DNA of 64,000 nucleotides. Origin: a virus. Each line of letters starts with the position of its first letter. Position 1 is the stretch's first letter. The notes below the pieces were generated by a model, which saw only the letters and a list, made by a program, of their open reading frames with translations, was not told the DNA's origin and did no database searches. Location: the IMG/VR virus record IMGVR_UViG_651324045_000004, positions 1-64,000 of that record, one strand, 5' to 3'. The position numbers were made by a program, and so were the translations under genes. Below are positions 60,601 to 64,000 of the stretch, one piece after another.

Positions 60601-62107
60601 AGTCCATACCTACTGCAAAGGTGATGACGTCAGATTCCATGCGAGATGTGTAGAGCGTCCAGAGACCAACACGATGCGCCTGGCCGCGTGAAGTACAGCC
60701 GAATGCGACTGACTCAGTTTTGCGGATGCCATAGCGTTTAATCGCTTCCTGATCTTCTACATACTCGACGCTCTGCTTGTAACCGTCCTCTTTGTTGTTG
60801 TAGGTGATAAGAGCAACGGAATAGCGATCTTTACGCGCCGAACCTTTGTATGCAAATGAGCCATTTACCACGTTGCTGTTGGAGAACAGCATCACAGGGT
60901 CTGCTGGAGAATCCTGCGTGATGTGAACCATGCCACCAGCCCAATAAACCATGCCACGGAATGCCCCTGCGATGTCCTGCACGACGCGATAAGCATCTTG
61001 GCGACTGGTAATCTGGGTGTTGATTGCGAAGCGCTTCTCTTTGCCACCGAAGCCATCATCAACGAACGCATCACAGTAGCGACCAATCTGATACAGCTCG
61101 CCGATGTTAATCATCGACTCCTGAACAAACTGACCCAGACCGTAACGAGTGTTCGTCAGCAAGTCGAAGAGAATCCACGCCGGGTTGGAGGATGATGCCA
61201 GCTTAAATGTACCGTCCCAATTGCCGTCGTAGGAGTTCGTGTCAGCGTTATAGTTTGACGGGACACGAATTTTCAAACCTTTAATCAGGTATGAACGAGT
61301 CGGCATTGAAGAACCGAACTGCTCTGAGTTGATTTTCAGGCCAACGAGCGCAGAGTTCGGATAGTTCAGGCTGGTATTGACAATCTCACCGATCGAATCG
61401 ATGTAGGTGTCATCGTAGAGATAGCTGTTATCGGTATGATCTTCAGTCAGACGAATGGCACGCAGAGTATATGCCTTTGCCGGCTTCGGTAAGTCCAGAA
61501 CATAACTACGGTAATAAACACCTGTCTTTTTCGCGGTCAGAGAAATGGTTGCGTTGGATTCTCCCTCTGCAACAACGTCAACAAAGCCGCCGCCATTACC
61601 TGCGTCGATCTGGAATTTAAACTGGACTGTCGTACCGTTAGTATCGCCGCTCTTTTTATCGATGCTGCGAAGTGAAGGAAACTTCATCACCACACGAACG
61701 CGATCGCTGTCCGCAGAATCCAGAGACACGTTAACCTGGCTCGTTTGCTTCAATTGACGCCCTACTGATTTCGGCGTTTCAATGAAGTCAAAACCATCGA
61801 TGACACTTTGATCCTGAGAACCGTCGCGGAACCACCAGGTTACACCGCTGAAGTTGTAGGAATTGTCGCTATTCTGGAGCGGCGTGTCGTTCAGGAAGAT
61901 GGATTTTGCCCCATCAATCAGACCACCGATAACACCCTCACCCAGCAAATCCAATACAGAAGCCATAGCGCGGCTGTTTACCGTGTCATTAGCCTCCACT
62001 GGCGTCCTTGAGCTACCGCCACCCTTACTGCCGCCGCGTCCTGAGATAATCAGGCCGTGCGCGACTAATTGCGAGAGACGGCTTTTTTTGAAATTTGGAA
62101 CTTCCAT
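48674..62107 (-). CDS. Giant central tail fiber / tail tip protein. It is a homolog of lambda gpJ, with about 3000 aa of inserted repetitive fibrous and carbohydrate-binding-like modules (4477 aa).
   Basis: Collinear with lambda J over the N-terminal roughly 1150 aa (LNDTPLQ...GVTWWF, NSALVGLKINSEQFGS, PSNYN...WDGTF, FGCTSRGQAHRVGLW). The C-terminal roughly 150 aa is also J-like. The interior has dozens of about 33-aa repeats (QNTVTQQGKDI...TTNANVAKKADA) and repeated NPSFE...FDDFYVIDVTD modules. Confidence 0.95.
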   Translation of the reverse strand: MEVPNFKKSRLSQLVAHGLIISGRGGSKGGGSSRTPVEANDTVNSRAMASVLDLLGEGVIGGLIDGAKSIFLNDTPLQNSDNSYNFSGVTWWFRDGSQDQSVIDGFDFIETPKSVGRQLKQTSQVNVSLDSADSDRVRVVMKFPSLRSIDKKSGDTNGTTVQFKFQIDAGNGGGFVDVVAEGESNATISLTAKKTGVYYRSYVLDLPKPAKAYTLRAIRLTEDHTDNSYLYDDTYIDSIGEIVNTSLNYPNSALVGLKINSEQFGSSMPTRSYLIKGLKIRVPSNYNADTNSYDGNWDGTFKLASSSNPAWILFDLLTNTRYGLGQFVQESMINIGELYQIGRYCDAFVDDGFGGKEKRFAINTQITSRQDAYRVVQDIAGAFRGMVYWAGGMVHITQDSPADPVMLFSNSNVVNGSFAYKGSARKDRYSVALITYNNKEDGYKQSVEYVEDQEAIKRYGIRKTESVAFGCTSRGQAHRVGLWTLYTSRMESDVITFAVGMDSVFLMPGDIVLIADKFRAGRRNSGRIIGYTSNSIKLDAPVDLTSVGNHITFLSAEGKMVGRDILENGKNITTVTFKTALSSNETPVSDAVWVIAQPDLTPLQARVVSVAEGDDGTSFNITAIQNNPTKYEAIDSGAQLIPQNTTVLDPTFSKPSGLAITEGTYLSSPGNLSVSLTATWQGKSAQYYISWRRSDAGNVSNWKSERVTEEQFELRGVAENGQYDFQVYAVSVGGRKTDPISITYKVLGTMTAPDAPTGLTAVGDYRSIVLNWVNPASVDLDHIEVLASKTNDKSKAQLIAKVSGTTFSHNGLEDSVTWYYWVRAANKRGMLSALNSPLATVATTRDVLSFLQNKITESELGQDLIADINSKAVATEVDAAIDEAKSETKAQVDDARTEAANAVKSAKEALSTAIDKETKDRAQAIANETTARNKAIADEASIRATAISNEVTARTNAIAAEVEARTKAVADEATARAKAVSDEAIARASAITDSVAVEASNRAKAVSDATAALDAKISKEARDRASAVSALDIKTANAINTETLNRISSIEDEARARADALLQEKNNRQSEISNLSTQVQTVNESLAQQISQIAAGTGEQFDSLKIWYFDTNSEGWTEDDGGTVPMSVTDDGWLKSSNSTASCRSPNNMVIDANAYRFLKLRIKKVGKPTWSGKLYWIGASEQGWSESRSLVIDEPEYDANGVATLTIHDIDWRASTTIRRFRFDFLKNQSDTNNLLIDWVAVGRPTPGAGMAALQDEKSARVDADAAEAANRNALAVQMRGSYEGNDLSKVGSGLIFQEQLARVTADKAEAMARQSLETKVDDSVSNINKSLDTLNTQDKAMASDITGLKSSLKDKADASALQTLKTSVDQQGSSISTQGQSITKLQNDLSTTNANVSKKADQTALTALQGTVTQQGKDISAANSSITNLKTSLDTTNSNVAKKADATAVNDLTSRVSATEDKASSQADSIVQLNNSLNNAIADTDASAAMPNNLIVNPSFERGLDGYTGRSAATSVVEISTPHGGTRALKVDAGNVSPGQYVSFVQGRTYEIGVWVKDLGATTDNGAGNNKLRIGNSAGQPVFERPYNSGTIGSDWTLISGRWKATETAKLPVTLSNYLTAGSRCFDDFYVIDVTDSVKIDANASALSSLQNTVTQQGKDIASQSTSITSLSNQMVNGRQNMWVRSVYSVQLANNTTEPTFSDINGKAPISIDEVPDAAKLDFASAGSYVIAHYKAFVKVNADTTITMAPGSRVFDDTGAVYVNGVRVAFGNAGWNTVSFDLKAGWSTVEFLVNQWTGQAYINLGFKLSEKVAQLNSALGMNALSNAISAVTSNVSTVGDRVTSTSQSVTDLRNSLEQTNANLANKADAQALSTLQNTVTQQGKDIASASSSIASLQNNLSTTNANVAKKADATALNALQNTVTQQGSSISSQGNSITQLKNDVDSLSIGASNLLRNSDKSGAPALCLSPTSGFTSYELKAITGLVGKNIAVKTQYTMTLWFKEYADGFGTTKPFTSAVIGRSAVGTDSWSLRYYSQNGIVTRDGDLYKWVGTITAESGSTLFVGVAGLRFLFEDKSQKTGCQIYQVKLEEGNKGTSWSPASEDLSDAISGNSQALSSLDSRVTKAEGSITSQGNSITQLQNELTATNANVSKKADASALASLQNTVTQQGKDITSASSDISLLKNSLATTDANVAKKADSSALSSLQSTVTQQGKDLSSVGNRTTNLENNLKTTDANVSKKADASAVDTLQNTVTQQGKDITSASDAITSLNNSVGAMTNMGDNLIQDANLEGDGSAFRTQQNSGTTGSIVAFGAYGENSAGARMLKVNATSPGLFANGKKPTPVNGSRKFRYIVRAKGVSGSMNMLLRRWNFNGSAEGNYEDKNVTLTSDWQTITWDTSFSPRTGADGQAFGIYCHPSNAEIWIDSFQVFDITDAVNNDATASALSDLSTKVTKQGDTVSSQGTSITKLQNDLTSTKTDVSKKADASALQTLQNTVTDQGKTLISQGNAITTLTNTVDTVKGDVAKKADATALNNLSTRVSNAEDKISSSSDAITSLNSSLNQQSKRGANILPDGTFESYSSGYNITNGRVIVTTDDSHGGNKCIRVTRPNDYNANATDNSDNHIFSGFQVRDNAVFYVECWVKLDAKSTTMDGAVQIAIGMSLQYQDNSWQWPALIKSAKDLSADSWTKVSGYLKSSKSGIKQAMARISIPNVSSVKAGNSFLIDDLVITDVTDAYNAQQTADATASAVSTLQTTVSKQGDSITSQGDSITTLNNGLATANKAIGTKADASALQTLQNAVNQQGKDVASNTSNITALSNQIVNGKQGTWSRRIYKCQLSSAAAEPTFSDIQGLSPVFMDEVADAAKLDFSGAGSYVVAHYKAMVRVAADTTISVSPGSRVFDDSGAVYVNGVRQAVAISGTATLGFVLSSGWNTVEFLVNQWTGNAYINLGFKLGDKVAELYSGLGVSSLSTAINSINSNVNKVGDQTSSNSAAITSLKNSLSDTDSAVAKKADASALQTLQNTVTQQGKDIASQSDSVTNLSNALSNVSIGGVNLIKNSGDMAGWSGKTNEIFRGNAVISATTKAGSSYRDLKEITLDAPVDNAEYVYSFFAKGGENGQSMTAYFYNPNSTTSGVSSQGVSDGSVDGRMSFTLTTEWVRYWVKWKQKPGTGSKRIILARIQASSTKDQTVSITSPKLEVGNMPTEWSPAPSDMASSNDLSSLKTTVDANSSSIQSVTSRVQKTEDNISTQNTAITKLQGDLSTTNNLVSTKADSAALQTLQNSVTQQGKDISSQGTRVTSIENSLTSGANLIPNAKMLNGAQGWGGAATTVDGYAAVNSSAGWQPVSPLFEVTPGDTLDLSMMCLAGQAITVGWGLRFDGPSLSNATIYASNLSYQAGEKKAVSGTFVVPVGATTARLQPNTGATASLTVYNVVVTRRDAGTMANSSAIDSLTSTVQTQGDAISSVGGRTTSLENSLKTTNDNVSKKADSTTVQTLQNTVTQQGKDISAAGTNITSMQASLTRRTVFTVTAKGNGNSVTPGVFDESGKNLFTPGRSWALVTFAKQSDGSTVIATSKTYDVFGSANNGATMSADIEALASGTYVCVLTFDEPSGNRGKILSALESLGGTSEVVNSLPYRGAYILLGRKGMKPGDGLELRAPTGGDGTAHISTSVEFVNGVMMGLGAAGGVMMKADANASAITTLQNTVTQQGKDITSSSSAITSLQNGLVAANSNIDKKADATALQSLQNTVTQQGKDISTQSGNVTNLQNSLSATNTGLANLVADSDASKKIIGNLLTNSSFERGLEGFSGGASFIKVIDAQSPNSGSKILSCGAGTGTVSQSIAVTKDRTYKIGVFARCQSGTVVDNQSNNKLRIGNSSLLADFMFKPTDLPTGSTWKEISGTWKATVSGSVDVSINSSLKSGNQYFDDFYFIDITDIVNINATSNAVASLTSRVTSAEGTVSSHTGSITNLSNSLNSLNNTVSGKADASALQSLQNTVTQQGKDLSSASDSVTDLKSSLNTLKVQSNPWIDGTFETYDNNQQLGGSTAIVTTDFKSSGNKCLKVTRPANTSGNSDKTIGSYSAVRQSAKYRVEFWAMMPASEAPPSGWTVVVGLHSINKDGGNDWQGITFNEAGLGGRDQWVKFTGVVKVSPSVTRSHVWISTRGQSGSNTPGYAVYIDDFVITDITDAADAQATADANATAISSLQTKVSDIDGKVTAQTSQLSSMQSKVDASSSKVDQLSKTISDSQSTQASLNTSLQSQIDAQASANIKNQADLNSATTSIASIKSTQATQATQISAMAKTQTDMTASLNSQSASIQTLQEAVSNNDALNSTWMVKMQTNNNGQKYAAGIALGVDGKNMQSQFLVQADRFALINTSNGNTTTPFVIDNGVTYMNAAFIKDGSIGSAKVGDLMSSGFQENVRGWRISRDGTMNINGSGPGSSRTVITNGKIEVYDSNNRLRVRMGIF

Positions 62108-62118
62108 TTATCCCACCG

Positions 62119-62730
62119 TTAAATCTGGTCAATAGTGATAGAGGAACTTGCGATTTGCGAGCCAACGAGAATTTCTTCGCCGTAGTTCAGCTGAACCGGG
62201 TTTCCCTGATTAGTAGTGTTTTGAGGCCCGTCGAAATAAAACGAGTCGGAGTTATCCGCTTGTCTCACTTCCGGGTTTTTTGCTTGTGGGGATAGGATCT
62301 GAGCCAGACCGCCCATCATCATGCTCATGCCGGCCACAACCAGCGCCGAGGATGTGCCTGCAGTGAAGATTTCTGTGAATGCACCAATGACCACCATCGC
62401 GGCGCCAATCGCGACCTGAACGTAGCCAAGCGTCTTCCCGCCACGTCCCTTTGGTATTGGCGTGATGCGTATTTTCTCAACATCCTTACCGGCGCCTTTC
62501 ATCATGTATTCGGTTTCGTCAACCGACCATGTGGCTCCACTTTTGGTTGTGATTTGAATGTGATAACGGTCGTAAACCTTCGCATTACGACGAATCCAGG
62601 CATTTAAGCCTGGTTTGTTTGCGTCGATAAGGTTGATGGCCTGCGCCGCATTTGATGCGCGGAGACGCCAGTGTCGGCCGAAGCGGTTTGCAAGTGCGCC
62701 GCCCAGCTGGACATGAACTAATTCAGACAT
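62119..62730 (-). CDS. Tail assembly protein I (lambda gpI-like)
   Basis: Similarity to lambda I, including a Gly/Ala-rich hydrophobic middle and the C-terminal GNPVQLNYGEEILVGSQ. Confidence 0.85.
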   Translation of the reverse strand: MSELVHVQLGGALANRFGRHWRLRASNAAQAINLIDANKPGLNAWIRRNAKVYDRYHIQITTKSGATWSVDETEYMMKGAGKDVEKIRITPIPKGRGGKTLGYVQVAIGAAMVVIGAFTEIFTAGTSSALVVAGMSMMMGGLAQILSPQAKNPEVRQADNSDSFYFDGPQNTTNQGNPVQLNYGEEILVGSQIASSSITIDQI

Positions 62731-63521
62731 TTTTCCTTCCCTGTTAATAACGCCCGATGACGCAAATGATGCGTAGTATTTTTCTGGTACATACCGCCGT
62801 AAGTGGCGTGACTGCTTAGCCTGTCGATTTGGTGATGCAGGATGCGGTTGTCACCAACGTAAACAGCGCAGTGATCTGGCATCTTCCCGTACTGAATGAA
62901 GAAGATGTCGCCCTTCTGAGGCTCTTCGCCATGGGCAAGACGGACGAGATTTTCATTGCGATAATTCAGGTCGAGAATGTCGTCGTCGCCCAGATACCAC
63001 GACGGGATATGCAGGTGAGCGTTGGCGTTGATCTCGATATTGAATTCGCGTTTCAGATAGTCTCGACACAGCATCCAGCAGTCGAAGATGCCAAAGACAT
63101 ACGGTCGGCCGGTGTACGGCATTTCAAAGCCATTGGGCGTGATCACTTCCATCTCGCTTAAACGAAACTCGGCATCAATCTCCGGGTTAAGATTTTTCGT
63201 GACGGAGAGGATGAGCCAAGGTAGCTCCGTTGCCTCACAACCAGCGCGGTCGGCGTCAGAGGCCACTGGAGGGCGATCAGTGTGGCTATGCCAGATAGCC
63301 ACAACCTCGCCCTCGTCTTCGGCAGCAATTACGTCTTCGTGATGCATGACAAACTCATTGGCCGGGTCTTCAGAGACGTTTCGCGCCTCAATAAAGCGAT
63401 ATTTCTCCCCCGATGTCTGGACGATGAACCCGCACGCCTCATTTGGATAACGGGCAATAGCGCATTGATATAGCGACTGCGTCACCGCGGAGCCGGCAAT
63501 GGATTTAATATCACTGAACAC
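62718..63521 (-). CDS. Tail assembly protein K (lambda gpK-like; JAB/MPN plus NlpC/P60 domains). Start inferred at a GTG with a GGGGG SD, because the ORF-track N-terminus runs into gpL.
   Basis: JAMM motif AIWHSHTDRPPVASDADRAG. PNEACGFIVQ (equivalent to lambda PRECCGVIAQ). C-terminal NlpC/P60-like Cys/His. Confidence 0.85.
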   Translation of the reverse strand: MFSDIKSIAGSAVTQSLYQCAIARYPNEACGFIVQTSGEKYRFIEARNVSEDPANEFVMHHEDVIAAEDEGEVVAIWHSHTDRPPVASDADRAGCEATELPWLILSVTKNLNPEIDAEFRLSEMEVITPNGFEMPYTGRPYVFGIFDCWMLCRDYLKREFNIEINANAHLHIPSWYLGDDDILDLNYRNENLVRLAHGEEPQKGDIFFIQYGKMPDHCAVYVGDNRILHHQIDRLSSHATYGGMYQKNTTHHLRHRALLTGKEKCLN

Positions 63522-64000
63522 GCGTTGCCCCCGGAAAGCCGCCAAAAGCAATGATTCCGTTGGCGAAGAAGTTTCGCCTGGCCTTGCACGCATCGAGACG
63601 CTTGGTGCAGTAGTCGTCGCTGAGCGATGTGACCTGATTGTTGTTCTTGTCGAAGTACGGGCCTGAGTAGCCACACTCCGCTCCGCGGTATTTCCACGGG
63701 CAGCTGTTTTTGATGATCTGACGTGCAGGTAACTGAACGCCCATCAAATCAAATACACTGGACAGCTCGAACTCAACGCTATCTTTAGTTTCCAGTGTCT
63801 TCTGCTCAACGAACCAGATTTCATCAGGGAAGTGCTGAGAAGCGTCGGCGGTCGCGTTTCCAGATGGGAAGTTCGACGCGTCGAGGAAACGAGCCAGCGT
63901 GCGACGACGCGTGATTGTGCAACCAACCAGATCGTCATTTGCCGCGACTTCGGCTGAAATTGTGCCGCCATAGTTAGAGACGGTCATCTTTGGTCGAGGC
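63511..64000 (-). CDS. Minor tail protein L (lambda gpL-like), truncated by the window end
   Basis: CGYSGP and NGIIAFGGF motifs (equivalent to lambda CGYSGP, NFGGF). The N-terminus lies beyond position 64000. Confidence 0.85.
   Translation of the reverse strand, partial: PRPKMTVSNYGGTISAEVAANDDLVGCTITRRRTLARFLDASNFPSGNATADASQHFPDEIWFVEQKTLETKDSVEFELSSVFDLMGVQLPARQIIKNSCPWKYRGAECGYSGPYFDKNNNQVTSLSDDYCTKRLDACKARRNFFANGIIAFGGFPGATRVQ

Noticed and set aside
49404-61757. Numerous 60-190-aa plus-strand ORFs inside the giant tail gene
   Set aside because: They are antisense to a gene with clear gpJ homology. They arise from low stop-codon frequency in the repetitive GC-rich sequence.
62718-63674. 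Full 318-aa ORF-track version of gpK
   Set aside because: The N-terminal roughly 50 aa (MATQARTSTRTTIRSHRSATTT...) read through the 3' end of gpL and look like non-coding low-complexity translation. The start was moved to the GTG at 63521.
1-64000. CRISPR arrays and rRNA genes
   Set aside because: None found. The only short direct repeats are the 14-bp iterons, which are an origin and copy-control array, not CRISPR.

Overview
This 64-kb window is almost entirely phage DNA, transcribed mainly on the minus strand, with the architecture of a phage-plasmid. It carries the following, left to right.

- **Replication and recombination module, T4-like:** class Ia ribonucleotide reductase NrdA/NrdB, a RuvC-like resolvase, an SbcC/Rad50 plus SbcD/Mre11 pair, a RecA/UvsX-like recombinase, a flap endonuclease/RNase H, a gp32-like zinc SSB and a DnaE-type polymerase encoded as two separate genes.
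- **More replication and accessory genes:** a CobS/CobT-like AAA+/vWA pair, ATP-dependent DNA ligase, DnaG-like primase, DnaB-like helicase, glutaredoxin, PhoH and a MazG-like protein.
- **P1/RepFIB-style iteron replicon:** a DnaA box and a GATC cluster, 5 iterons, repA, then 9 more iterons.
- **ParA/ParB-like partition pair.**
- **Accessory island:** a P4-like tyrosine integrase, an XRE-family regulator and small cargo genes.
- **Rolling-circle-type HUH Rep homolog** with two tiny zinc-ribbon ORFs, and an SPFH lipoprotein with a small NfeD-like membrane partner.
- **Noncoding block (35.3-36.5 kb)** of about 1.2 kb with three tRNA-like elements.
- **Lysis cassette:** holin-like gene, putative endolysin, and partially overlapping Rz/Rz1 spanins.
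- **Lambda-like tail-tip module L-K-I-J:** the J homolog is a 4477-aa (13.4 kb) giant with about 3000 aa of repetitive fibrous and carbohydrate-binding-like insertions. It is followed by a tail fiber with a C-terminal S74 intramolecular chaperone.

Two conserved intergenic DNA motifs recur. One is an invariant translation-initiation region (CAAAGGAAAACACATG) at 13 or more gene starts. The other is an AT-rich palindrome (about TGATAAGTAAACATTTACTTATCA) present 14 or more times, plus a second operator-like palindrome (AAACAAGTTGTTT) just upstream of several starts.

No CRISPR array and no rRNA were seen. The overall gene content resembles SSU5/pHCM2-type phage-plasmids, but that assignment is an inference from gene content only.
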